Source: a virus
Taxonomy: Duplodnaviria > Caudoviricetes
Length of the DNA: 47,234 bases
IMG/VR virus record: IMGVR_UViG_3300008255_000181
Span: 1-47,234 of that record
Direction: 5' to 3' (one strand)
Below the pieces are notes generated by a model. The model saw only the letters and a program-made list of their open reading frames with translations, had not been told where the DNA came from and ran no database searches. The position numbers and the translations under genes are program-made. Within the stretch, counting starts at the first letter, position 1. Every line of letters starts with the position of its first letter. Positions 8,789-18,441 of the stretch are shown piece after piece.

Positions 8789-9101
8789 GATACAGTATAC
8801 GCAGTTCCAGATAAGACCTTTCTCCGATGAGGACAACTTCAACGGTAACTGTATGTTCAAGGGCGAGTGTTTCAATGTGTACGACATTGTTCACATCTCT
8901 CCTGTGATGTCCTATGAAGGCATCAACCACTACAAGTTCACAGTTAAGCTGGTATGTAGAGGTTATGAGATGTCCATTGCATTCGACAGTCCTACCAAGG
9001 CTGAAGCATTGCGCTGGCAAAGGGAGTTAGCCAGAGCTTATACCAGAACAGGGGAGTTCACACGTAAAGATAAGGTGGCTAACGATGAGTTTAGTTCCTA
9101 G
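8781..9101 (+). CDS. Hypothetical protein
   Basis: Overlapping operon ORF. Confidence 0.7.
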   Translation: MNEIQYTQFQIRPFSDEDNFNGNCMFKGECFNVYDIVHISPVMSYEGINHYKFTVKLVCRGYEMSIAFDSPTKAEALRWQRELARAYTRTGEFTRKDKVANDEFSS

Positions 9102-9315
9102 AATCAATGACAACCCAGAGTGTAACAGGGCTATATACCAGCCAGTAGAATGGGAGTGTATCAAAGAAGCTATAGATAATATCAGGACTCTCGACGTAGA
9201 GGACGCTGCATATCAGTTAGCTAGAAGTACACTAATGGGGTATAACCTGTGGGATTATAACACTGATAAGCAAGACGAGAAACAAATCAACTTACTTTAT
9301 ATGAGGTACACATAG
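9085..9315 (+). CDS. Hypothetical protein
   Basis: Overlapping operon ORF, AGGT SD. Confidence 0.65.
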   Translation: MSLVPRINDNPECNRAIYQPVEWECIKEAIDNIRTLDVEDAAYQLARSTLMGYNLWDYNTDKQDEKQINLLYMRYT

Positions 9316-9671
9316 TGCTTGACTATGATAAATTTGTAAAAGACTACATCGAAGCTCTTAAGAACATGGACGGTACTAAAGTCCTTGAGCTTGTTAACAC
9401 ACTAGAGTCTGACGATCAGCGAGCTGAAGCATTGAGCCGTGTACTCACAGCTTTAGATGAAGACAAAGAATTAAAAGAGAACAACCCTAAGATTGTAGAG
9501 ATCTTAGATTTCATCCGCGAGAATGCTAACACAGGTATTGAAGCTAAGGCTGATGTAGAAGTACATTCACCTTCTATCACTACTACTGAGGTTAAGGCGG
9601 ATGAGACACCAGCAGAAGCAAAGGTTGAAGATATCAAAGAAGATAAGAAAGAGCCGGAAGCTACTGCGTAA
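9315..9671 (+). CDS. Hypothetical acidic protein
   Basis: GAGG SD, GTG start, ends just before terminator. Confidence 0.7.
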   Translation: MLDYDKFVKDYIEALKNMDGTKVLELVNTLESDDQRAEALSRVLTALDEDKELKENNPKIVEILDFIRENANTGIEAKADVEVHSPSITTTEVKADETPAEAKVEDIKEDKKEPEATA

Positions 9672-9683
9672 ATCGTAGATAAT

Positions 9684-9723
9684 AAAAAAGGGAGTAGACT
9701 CAACATCTATTCCCTTTTTTTTT
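9684..9723. terminator. Bidirectional rho-independent terminator near the convergence of the two arms
   Basis: A6-GGGAGTAGA-loop-TCTATTCCC-T9. Confidence 0.85.
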
Positions 9724-9735
9724 GGAGTAAAATTT

Positions 9736-9966
9736 ATGTACAAATGTATTAATGAAGGTTGTGATTTTGAATCTGAAATAAAAGTAACTGATAACAGACA
9801 GTGGTTGTTTATCAAAGGTGAATGCCGAAGCTGCTACTACAACAACTGGGTAAAGAACGAACCTGACCTACCATTTAACACCACATCCTCAGAGAATCAT
9901 CACTATAACGACGTTGGGTATGATCCAGCAAGAGTACAAGATATTCTACAAAGACCTTGGCACTAG
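9736..9966 (+). CDS. Hypothetical protein with Cys motifs
   Basis: GGAG SD, CINEGC...CRSC; lies beyond the terminator. Confidence 0.45.
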   Translation: MYKCINEGCDFESEIKVTDNRQWLFIKGECRSCYYNNWVKNEPDLPFNTTSSENHHYNDVGYDPARVQDILQRPWH

Positions 9967-10247
9967 AAAGGTATCCCCTTAACAATAGCAATTAACTTCT
10001 CAGCATCAAGACCTGCTAACTGAACCAATATGAAGTAGGTTAGTAGGGTTACTCTCTTGTTCAGAGCCTCAAACTTATCAGACTCAGTGTCTAGCTTAGT
10101 CTGGACATAGGTTCTTAAGTCTTTAAAACTATCAGATAAGAACTTCAATTCGTACTGGGTAGCTAACTCCAGTTCTCTTAGCTTAAACTGATCTTCCATT
10201 CTTCTATTACTCTTTACTGCTTCTGTGTTATCGCTTGCTTCTGTCAC
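9963..10247 (-). CDS. Hypothetical coiled-coil protein with C-terminal hydrophobic segment
   Basis: GGAGG SD; last gene of late arm. Confidence 0.65.
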   Translation of the reverse strand: MTEASDNTEAVKSNRRMEDQFKLRELELATQYELKFLSDSFKDLRTYVQTKLDTESDKFEALNKRVTLLTYFILVQLAGLDAEKLIAIVKGIPF

Positions 10248-11260
10248 AACACACCTCCGTTCTCTGCTACTTTAGCGTCCTCTCTCGCTATCGCATCATC
10301 TAGTTCTTGGTAAGGGCGTAGTTTGTTCTGTAGCGCTGCGTGTATCTCTGCATCTTTATCCATAGGCAAGGGTTTGACTGAGAGTTCATCGCTTAGAGCT
10401 AAGTACTCAGCCTCATCTTCTTCTGTCCATGTAGGTTCTTCCTCAGCCTTAGGAGTTTGTAATCCATAGCTCTGTAACTCAGCAGACAAGGCTCTCCACT
10501 CAGCTTCTTCTTCAGCTGTAAGACCCCCTGTAAGCTCCTGTGAGCCGTTCTGAGAGGTGTTTGTTATAGGCTGTAGGTCAGCATCAACTTGCTCTCCTCT
10601 AGCCTCTAGCTGTGCTCGTATGCTCTCCTTGAGTTCTGATTCTATGTCAGCCTCTTGGACAAAGGATAAGTCTGCGTACCTAGCGTACCTATCGTTGATA
10701 GATTTGGCCGTACCTTTAGTTTTATCCCCCCAATTCATGAGGTTCTTTCTGAGATCTTCAAACTTACCAGACTTAATCTGCTTGTAAGCATCCTGCTTGT
10801 AGAACCTGTCCCCATACTGAGTAGCAGCTGCATAGGCTACCTTCTTAGCTCCATCAGGAAGATTGTACCACCTATCTGGCCCTATCTTTTTGATAAGATC
10901 TTTCAGCTTAGGTTCTTGGACGTAGTTAGTGAGCGCACTGAGTTGGTCTTCATCTTGTATCTCAGGGATGTCTCCTGAAGCCTTGAGTTCTTGAAACTTA
11001 TCCCAAGCTTTAACACCCTTAAGACCTACCAACGGTCGTAGGACTTTATAAAGACGGGGGGTTATGGGGGCATTAAGTAAAAACTCTTCATCCACCTGAC
11101 CCAAGTCAAAGCCCTTAGCTATAGTAATACCGGACTTGCTATCCTTGGCATCTTCTCTACTATTAACAGGTAGATAAGCTTTCTTCCTAGTCCCCTCATT
11201 TTCAGGAGCACCTAACCAAGCGTTGAGGTAGGTAAGTTCTTCTTCAAAAGTTCTTGGCAT
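10244..11260 (-). CDS. Pesticin-C/lysozyme-like muramidase domain protein with acidic tail
   Basis: AYLP...SGITIAKGFDLGQ motif; follows ejection proteins. Confidence 0.75.
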   Translation of the reverse strand: MPRTFEEELTYLNAWLGAPENEGTRKKAYLPVNSREDAKDSKSGITIAKGFDLGQVDEEFLLNAPITPRLYKVLRPLVGLKGVKAWDKFQELKASGDIPEIQDEDQLSALTNYVQEPKLKDLIKKIGPDRWYNLPDGAKKVAYAAATQYGDRFYKQDAYKQIKSGKFEDLRKNLMNWGDKTKGTAKSINDRYARYADLSFVQEADIESELKESIRAQLEARGEQVDADLQPITNTSQNGSQELTGGLTAEEEAEWRALSAELQSYGLQTPKAEEEPTWTEEDEAEYLALSDELSVKPLPMDKDAEIHAALQNKLRPYQELDDAIAREDAKVAENGGVL

Positions 11261-11266
11261 AACAAT

Positions 11267-13132
11267 CTACCTGTAAATATTACGTGCATCAAATGAAGCT
11301 TTATCTTTAGCTGCTTGTTCAGCTTCCGCCTTACGTCTTTCAACAGCCGCCGCTCTCTTCGCTTCAAGCTCGGCCAACCTCTCCTGTTTTGCTTTAAGAT
11401 CTATGCCGTTGATCTGACCTAGTATCTGTACAGCCTTAGCCTTAACATCATCTATCTTAAGCTCGGCAGCCCAACCGTTGTCGGCAGCTTGTAACATCCT
11501 GTTAATCTTCATAAGCTCTGGATATTCGCCTTCTATCCCAACCTCTTGGAGGCCAGCTGGTGTCATCATGCGTCTTGTTACATTAAGACTCTTGCCATCT
11601 TGAGATAGACTTACCTTAACATCCCTACCAGTAAGGGAAGTTCTAGCTTCAGTTAGTTTAGCAGCTACTGCTTGAGGTTGAGTAGCTTGTATGTTAGCCC
11701 ACTCATCCTTCATAAGCTGCTTCTCTTTCTTAGTAGCAACTATAACAGGTCTTGAAGCTATAGACTTAGTGACAGAAGCTTTAACTCCTGACGCCATCAA
11801 AGATTCGAGCACCTTCTCACGTTGATCAGGTTCAAGAGTTGGCACTACATTCTTGATAGTCCAGTCTGCTATGCCTTTATCTTCAGCAGTACCTTGACCT
11901 CTTGCCAACCTATCAATAGAACCAAACACAGCCTCTTTAAATTTCTCAGGTGTCTGTCTAGCCATATCAATGAAAGGTTTAAGCCCCGGCTCTGCCTTTA
12001 TAAGAGCTTCGTACTTAGTGGGATTAGCCCCTGCGATCAGGGCGTCATATACTTTCTCTGCTACACGAGGGAACTGATCGTTCAAGAACTTAAGCTGAGG
12101 TAAGGTGTTGTGTGCGTACACAGTAGATAAAGCTGATAACATATCTACTTTAGTATCAAGCAAAGCCTTAGGGCCAAGCTCTTTAACTTGTGTAGCTAAT
12201 GTGTTAAACTGAGCGTCATGTTCAGCTCTGAACTTAGACATCTGCGTTACACTAGGCACACCGTTTGGGTTGGATCTTAGTGTCTGTTCCATTGCGGCCC
12301 AGCTAGAGTTACGCATCTCAGCTAAGGAAGCTTCAATAGCTTTAGGATCTTCAATGTCAACCCCTGTTTCCTCAGCAGCTTTGAGCATACTGAACACACT
12401 GCGAGTAGCGTCGTTCCTAGTAAGTTGCATATACTTACCAAAGACTTGCTCAGACTTCATATCACCTATCTGAACTTCCTGTTGTAGAGCTTTAGACTCA
12501 TCCTCTAAGCGTAGGATATTTCTAGCTTCATCCATAGCCTGCTGAGGGTCAGATATGTAAGCTGATGTCCTTGCGTAAGCTTTTTGCAAGGGTGTTTCCT
12601 TAGCAGCTCTAGCTCTTTCAGCAGCCATCAGCTCATCTCTTGTGTCGAAGCTGGCAAAGAACTGCCGTACCCCTTCAGACTTAGGGTCAAAGCCTAACAG
12701 GTTAGAAGCAGACTGTCTTATCTGTCGTGACAGCCAAGGCTGCTCCTCAATAGCCTTGACTACAGAGTTAGATACAAGCAATCTTGCGTGCTCTCTGGGG
12801 ATACGGCCTTGGTCAACAGCTCTTTGTAGTCTGCCAGCATTGCTGCGTACGCCCTGAACAGCAGGATCATTGTTAGCTATATCATCTAACCCAGCTTGCC
12901 CTGCAATAGCAGCATCTGCCTCTTCCATAGCGTTAGATACTATCTGCTGAGACTTAGCCTCAACGTGACGAGAGACCCCCTCGTTGACTAGGTTAGTTCC
13001 TACTTGAGTCAGGGTATTAACCACATTCCCGAAGCCAGTCTCTCCAGTTTGTACAGTTCGCTGATCACCAATACCTATAGGTCTCTGCTGATTGTCTGCA
13101 CTTGTTTGAAATGTTGCCATATTATTCTTCAT
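11267..13132 (-). CDS. Internal virion (ejection) protein
   Basis: Helical Ala/Gln-rich 621 aa; podoviral synteny. Confidence 0.65.
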   Translation of the reverse strand: MKNNMATFQTSADNQQRPIGIGDQRTVQTGETGFGNVVNTLTQVGTNLVNEGVSRHVEAKSQQIVSNAMEEADAAIAGQAGLDDIANNDPAVQGVRSNAGRLQRAVDQGRIPREHARLLVSNSVVKAIEEQPWLSRQIRQSASNLLGFDPKSEGVRQFFASFDTRDELMAAERARAAKETPLQKAYARTSAYISDPQQAMDEARNILRLEDESKALQQEVQIGDMKSEQVFGKYMQLTRNDATRSVFSMLKAAEETGVDIEDPKAIEASLAEMRNSSWAAMEQTLRSNPNGVPSVTQMSKFRAEHDAQFNTLATQVKELGPKALLDTKVDMLSALSTVYAHNTLPQLKFLNDQFPRVAEKVYDALIAGANPTKYEALIKAEPGLKPFIDMARQTPEKFKEAVFGSIDRLARGQGTAEDKGIADWTIKNVVPTLEPDQREKVLESLMASGVKASVTKSIASRPVIVATKKEKQLMKDEWANIQATQPQAVAAKLTEARTSLTGRDVKVSLSQDGKSLNVTRRMMTPAGLQEVGIEGEYPELMKINRMLQAADNGWAAELKIDDVKAKAVQILGQINGIDLKAKQERLAELEAKRAAAVERRKAEAEQAAKDKASFDARNIYR

Positions 13133-16100
13133 CTCCTGAAGTGATTGTCATCATGGATGTGCCTGTCAACCAGTCACTTATTCCTGTAAGTTCGTCTACA
13201 GCTTTACCTGCAAGTCTTGTTCTGTATCTACTGATAGCCATCTCTTCTTTACTGTCTGCTAAGATCCTGTTCCATACATTTTTACGCACCCTCTCTTGTC
13301 TTTCATAGTCAAGGGAAGCGTAAGCTGCATCGTAGAATTCTCTTGTCTCTTTGATGTAGTTCTCATCAAGAAGACCTAGTGAGTCTCTTGTTGCGACTTC
13401 GTTCATACGTTCTAGGATCATGTCGGAAGTCTTCTGATCTACGGATTTGACAGCATCCTCCATCTCTTTCAGTCTCCAAGCCTTCCTCTCATCTGTAAGT
13501 TGGAAACCTATAGCCTTAGCTAACGATTCAATAGCTGAGAAGTCACGTCTTAGGGAAACATCTTCACTGTTGCTGTGCAATTCTCTCATAGTCTGCATGA
13601 ATAAAGCTTTCTCCACGTTTCTCCACGTAGATACAGACTCAAGGAACGGCATAGTAGGCAGCTTGATCCAGTCAATAGCGTCAGCATTGGCTGAACTTAA
13701 CCAGATAGGTTCAAGTTGCTTAGTTAAGCTGTCAAAGAAAGCATTCTTAGTAGAACCGAACGCCCCGAGCATAAGCTTACCGATGTCATTGTCTGAGAAG
13801 ATCCAATTATCCATCTGCTCAGTGACACCACGCAGTAATGACCCACGCTTAGACACCTCAGCGTCAACACCAAAGACACCTAGCGCTGTGAAGCCCCAGA
13901 ACCCGTCGTTCAAAGTCTTAACAAGAACAGGGTTATTATCAAGGTCATCTTGTGTAAACCCTAACGCTTCCATTCCATACATAACACCCATAGATGCAAG
14001 AGGTATGCCTGCTGTGCCGTACAGTGCTATCTGTCCTGCCATAATTCTGCCTATTTCGTTAGGTGTGAAGTTACGGTTGGCACCTGTAGCTGACTCAAGA
14101 GTCTTGGCTGTAACTTGGAAGAACTGTGTAGGTACAGACAGCAAACCTTTCTGGAACGGGGCTCTGTTAGCCTTAGTCATGTTCAATAGCAAGTTATTTG
14201 TTCTTGTCATGATAGACTTAAGAGCGTCATCAGAGATCTCAGTCACCTTGTTAGCCTCTCTGTACTCTGATAAGGCTGTTGTGAATGCCATACGTCTGCT
14301 TAACAATTCACCACCACGATAGAACACAAGACCTCTATCTGCGGCACTCTTAAGAGCATCCATTGCAATGCCGCGGCCCTTCATAGCTGCTGCGTGGTCA
14401 GCTGTCTGTAGTACAGAGTCCTCATACCCAGTCTTCTTCCAAAGATCGTGGATATACTTAAGTTCATCAACTGAGATACCAGCAGCTTTAGCCGCCCACT
14501 TAGTTCGAGCTGTGTTATCAAAGCCTTTAGCACCTAACAGTGTCAATCCAGATGTCTGTCTTGTAACTTCAGTCAGTCTTGTGCCAGCTGCTATAGAGGA
14601 AGCTACTGACATACCTTGAGCCTGTACCCACAACTGGGCAGGGTTAAACCATCCTAGTAAGCTGTGGAAAGCTGTAGCTCTGGCAGCTGATATAGGATCT
14701 TTATCCATCAACCAGCCTGTCAGTTTACTTGTAGTCTTAAGATCTTTACCCAATGCCCACTCATGTAGGCGCTGGGTAGTAGCTTTGTAGATCTGTTCTT
14801 CCCTAGATGGGAAGCCTTGCCAATCCCTGATCTGATTAGCCATCTTATTAAGGAATGCACCTTTACGTGTAGACTCTATACTCTCAGGAAGAGAACCAAA
14901 CCCATCAACTTCAACACCTAAAGCTCTAGCTGTATTTATCCAGCGTTGCTCTAAGCCTAATCTCCACTGATTGATAGGAACCATACGAGATACGTTTGAG
15001 ATGTTACGAGACAGGGCTTCAAAGGCGTTAAGTCTTGTTCCTTCATCCCCATTCAATCCGAACAGGATACCATCCTCGCTTCTAGCCCCAGTGTACAGAC
15101 CACCGCCGCCATGTGAGAAAGACCCTGTAGCTGTAGCTACGATTTCCTTCTCTCTATCTTCCTCAGCCTTGAACTTCTTAGACAACTGTTCATCTGTCAG
15201 CTTGGGATTAAGAGCTTTCTCTTTAGCTCTAAGGGACTCAGCGTACTTCTTGGCATCTGCTTGGTTATCAAAGTACCTGTGAGTTCTTAAGAATGCGTTA
15301 GCTGTAGGTTCACCGTTGATTAGATCAGAGCCGTACTCCTTAACAAACCAATGTCCACCTTCTGATACACGAGGTATGTAACCTTTCTTCCTTGGTAGAA
15401 CTTGTGTAGGAAGATCAGTAACACCTTCAGCTTCAATCAATATATGGGTATACTTACCAGCTTCTCCAGCATTGAACGCATCTTCAGTCCTAACTAACAC
15501 CTTTCCTCGTTCGTACAACTGCTCAAGCTTCTCTTCGGACAGCTCACTAAGCTGCTTACCTGTGGTAGTATCAAAGATATTAGATACCTTCCCCTCTATC
15601 ATAGCCTGCTTAGCAGCTGCTGGTGTGTCAAAACCTTTGCCAAAGGTCGTCTGATCTCCAGCTTCTATTCCTTTATAACCTAAGGCTACCATCTCTTCAC
15701 GCTTACTGTTATTTCTCAGTGCCCATAGATGGTTGTATATACGGTTGATGGAGTAGTAAGTGTGAACTTGATCTTCATCTAAGTTGTATACACCTCGCAG
15801 AGTATCAACATCAAACACAGCACCTCTAGCTCCTGTTGTTTCATCAAGGAACTTGTCCCCTTCTAACAGAACGCTATTAACCTCAGCCAATCTCTTCTTA
15901 TTCTTAGGTCGAAGTAAGTTACCAAGTGGAGCTACAGCTTTAAGCTGTAATAGAGACAGCTCTTTGTACACCTTAGCTGTCTGCATGTCCATAATCTGTG
16001 CAGCATCTACATCCACACGAGTTAAGCCTCTAGCAAACACAGTCGGGCTGGTAACAAGCTCCCCAAGAGTAGGCAGTTGATCTTGTTTCCACTGACCTAC

Positions 16101-17402
16101 ATCATCCAGAGTTAGATCTAGCTGAAAGAACTCAGTACCTACGGCTCCATCTTCATCCCTTACTTGATACTTGAATGTAGTAGTGTTCTCAGTCCTACTA
16201 GCTACAGAGATACTCTCATGCTTAGCCTTAGACAGCTTGTTGAGTATTAAGTCTTCTTTCTCAGCACGTTCTACATTGTTAAGAATACCAAAGCGTAGGT
16301 ATCCCTCACCAGATAGCACTCTCGCACCTGTCTCATCTATCTCACCAAGAGTTTTCTTAACGGCTTCAATGGATGGAGCAGAGAGTTGATCGGTGTGACC
16401 TATATCTTCAATAGATATGTCGAAAGGCAGGGCGTTACCAGCCGCTGTCTCTCTTGAAATGTTCATAACCTCAGCAGCTTCTTCATCTACCATAGCACTT
16501 ACGTTAGCTTCTGCCGCCATCTTCTCATTCTCTACCTTCTTAAGAACTTTAGGCACATTGAATGAGGCAATCTTGTTAGCAATCTTAACTGTAACAGCTG
16601 TACCTAGTGATGCTATATCAACTACGTCGAATAACTTCCACCAGTTAGAGAAGTCTCCAAGCTCACGCTCTGTATCAGGGTCAATGAATTTAGTTACAGC
16701 ATCAATCCCTCTTAACGGGCCTAACTCTTCAATGAACTCATCTCTGATTACAGGGAATATAGCTTGCTGTTGCTCATAAGGAAGCTGCTTGAAGTTGTAG
16801 ATCATGTTAGTCATCTTGTCGATGTTATTAACAGCTCCGCCAAACAGTTGCATCTCGTTAATTGTGTCTCTAAATGGCAGGAACATAGCCCCAACATCCA
16901 TAACGTAGTCAGCTGTTGTCAACTTGTCTGTCGATTGCTTGAGTAACTCGTACAATTTAACACTATTAGCCGCAGCTTCTCTAACTTCCTCTGTAACTTC
17001 AGGCTCTGCTACTGCATCAACAAACTGTTTAGTAGGATCTAAAGCTTTCTCGTTATTCTTCTGCTGTATGTTGATTATCGCAGGAGCTAACTCAGGGAAC
17101 ACCTCAGGTTGATTAAGAAGCTGATCGTCAAACTCTTCAACTAAAGCTTGATTGTCAGCTTGAGCCATACCTTGCGAAGCTTTCATCAGTTGAGCCTTAG
17201 GGTCTCCTGACAACTTAGCATTCTGGTAGCTCTGAACAACAGGGGCTCCTGTACTATAGCTCTCAATGAAAGCTGCTTGCAAAGCTCTGAAATTCTGAAC
17301 ACCCTCATCCACAGGATCTAGTGGAGCAGAATCTTCATACGCCACATCCTCCAGTACAGCCTGCTCTGGGGTATCTTCGTATTCTAAATCTAATGGAGAC
17401 AT
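13122..17402 (-). CDS. Large internal virion (ejection) protein
   Basis: 1426 aa, LGWFNPAQLWVQAQ; position downstream of tail genes. Confidence 0.72.
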   Translation of the reverse strand: MSPLDLEYEDTPEQAVLEDVAYEDSAPLDPVDEGVQNFRALQAAFIESYSTGAPVVQSYQNAKLSGDPKAQLMKASQGMAQADNQALVEEFDDQLLNQPEVFPELAPAIINIQQKNNEKALDPTKQFVDAVAEPEVTEEVREAAANSVKLYELLKQSTDKLTTADYVMDVGAMFLPFRDTINEMQLFGGAVNNIDKMTNMIYNFKQLPYEQQQAIFPVIRDEFIEELGPLRGIDAVTKFIDPDTERELGDFSNWWKLFDVVDIASLGTAVTVKIANKIASFNVPKVLKKVENEKMAAEANVSAMVDEEAAEVMNISRETAAGNALPFDISIEDIGHTDQLSAPSIEAVKKTLGEIDETGARVLSGEGYLRFGILNNVERAEKEDLILNKLSKAKHESISVASRTENTTTFKYQVRDEDGAVGTEFFQLDLTLDDVGQWKQDQLPTLGELVTSPTVFARGLTRVDVDAAQIMDMQTAKVYKELSLLQLKAVAPLGNLLRPKNKKRLAEVNSVLLEGDKFLDETTGARGAVFDVDTLRGVYNLDEDQVHTYYSINRIYNHLWALRNNSKREEMVALGYKGIEAGDQTTFGKGFDTPAAAKQAMIEGKVSNIFDTTTGKQLSELSEEKLEQLYERGKVLVRTEDAFNAGEAGKYTHILIEAEGVTDLPTQVLPRKKGYIPRVSEGGHWFVKEYGSDLINGEPTANAFLRTHRYFDNQADAKKYAESLRAKEKALNPKLTDEQLSKKFKAEEDREKEIVATATGSFSHGGGGLYTGARSEDGILFGLNGDEGTRLNAFEALSRNISNVSRMVPINQWRLGLEQRWINTARALGVEVDGFGSLPESIESTRKGAFLNKMANQIRDWQGFPSREEQIYKATTQRLHEWALGKDLKTTSKLTGWLMDKDPISAARATAFHSLLGWFNPAQLWVQAQGMSVASSIAAGTRLTEVTRQTSGLTLLGAKGFDNTARTKWAAKAAGISVDELKYIHDLWKKTGYEDSVLQTADHAAAMKGRGIAMDALKSAADRGLVFYRGGELLSRRMAFTTALSEYREANKVTEISDDALKSIMTRTNNLLLNMTKANRAPFQKGLLSVPTQFFQVTAKTLESATGANRNFTPNEIGRIMAGQIALYGTAGIPLASMGVMYGMEALGFTQDDLDNNPVLVKTLNDGFWGFTALGVFGVDAEVSKRGSLLRGVTEQMDNWIFSDNDIGKLMLGAFGSTKNAFFDSLTKQLEPIWLSSANADAIDWIKLPTMPFLESVSTWRNVEKALFMQTMRELHSNSEDVSLRRDFSAIESLAKAIGFQLTDERKAWRLKEMEDAVKSVDQKTSDMILERMNEVATRDSLGLLDENYIKETREFYDAAYASLDYERQERVRKNVWNRILADSKEEMAISRYRTRLAGKAVDELTGISDWLTGTSMMTITSGDEE

Positions 17403-17416
17403 AAGATTACCTTGTA

Positions 17417-17983
17417 TTATCTTAGAGGGTAGTAACTGTTAGGTGTATAGCGATAAGCGGAGTTAGGAACTACGTTGGTATTGCTTATCATATTGGGAGC
17501 TTGCCCTGAGGGCGTAGGAGCTGCTGACGGAGAAGCAAAAGATGCAGACATGCTTGCAGCTTGTCCAAACATACCACTCAAAGCTTGGAAGTTCTGAGCT
17601 CTACGCTGTCCTTTAGCCATTGTATCTGCTGCACTCTGCCGCAAGTTAAAGGACTGTTGCCCACTTACGAAAGATCTATTAGCTGATTGCATACCGCTGG
17701 CTAAACCTGAGCTGATAGATGACTGAGCCCCTTCTACTTGAGAGGAACCTGTAACACCTTGCCCTACAGCCACTGCTTCGTTCTGAGCTTGCGCTATACG
17801 TGTTGCCGCTATAGCCCTACGTCTTTCTCTAGCACGCTCTACAGAGGTCTTAGCGGCCTCTATAGCGTTAGCCTTCTCTTGGTCTCTACGGGACTGGCGC
17901 TCTGCTGATTTAGCTTCTTCCATGCTGTGAACTTGCATCCCAATCGCAGCAGTAGCCAGGATTGCAGTTGTTATTGCTGCCAT
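17417..17983 (-). CDS. Small internal virion protein (T7 gp14-like position)
   Basis: Hydrophobic N-terminus, Ala/Gln/Ser-rich, GVTGSS. Confidence 0.65.
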   Translation of the reverse strand: MAAITTAILATAAIGMQVHSMEEAKSAERQSRRDQEKANAIEAAKTSVERARERRRAIAATRIAQAQNEAVAVGQGVTGSSQVEGAQSSISSGLASGMQSANRSFVSGQQSFNLRQSAADTMAKGQRRAQNFQALSGMFGQAASMSASFASPSAAPTPSGQAPNMISNTNVVPNSAYRYTPNSYYPLR

Positions 17984-18441
17984 TATAGGTTATCTCCTAA
18001 ACTTTTTATGTATGTTACTTGCTCTTTTCTGTAATCCAAACTGCCTAATACACCTTCAGCTGTTTTATCTGATCTAAAACTGGCGTGTAACCAAGAGGCT
18101 CCGAAGGTTTTAACAAGAGTCTCAAGTTCACTAAGTAAACCTTTGGCTATACCTTGACCTCTATGGGATTCCTTTACAAATAGAGCATCCATAGCTGCTA
18201 TAGTTCTGTCTTTGTTATGAGGAGTCGGTGTAATTATAGCATTTATATAACCTACCAACTCATCTCCATCATACGCAGCTACATTAGCTAACACATCGTT
18301 CTCGTATAGAGTGTCGTACAGAGCCCAGTCTACATCAAGAGGCGCGACTGCTTTTCTATGGTCATCTTCATAGTGAGCCTCAGTCAACGAAGCTAAAGCT
18401 TCTCTATAGTCAGAGGGGTTTGCTTCTACGTATCTAATCAT
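17983..18441 (-). CDS. GNAT-family acetyltransferase
   Basis: LVGY, LFVKESHRGQGIAKGLL acetyl-CoA motif. Confidence 0.85.
   Translation of the reverse strand: MIRYVEANPSDYREALASLTEAHYEDDHRKAVAPLDVDWALYDTLYENDVLANVAAYDGDELVGYINAIITPTPHNKDRTIAAMDALFVKESHRGQGIAKGLLSELETLVKTFGASWLHASFRSDKTAEGVLGSLDYRKEQVTYIKSLGDNL

Noticed and set aside
13447-14322. 291-aa plus-strand ORF and other antisense ORFs in the virion arm
   Set aside because: Shadow frames of long minus-strand genes; Ser/Leu-rich, no SD or motifs.
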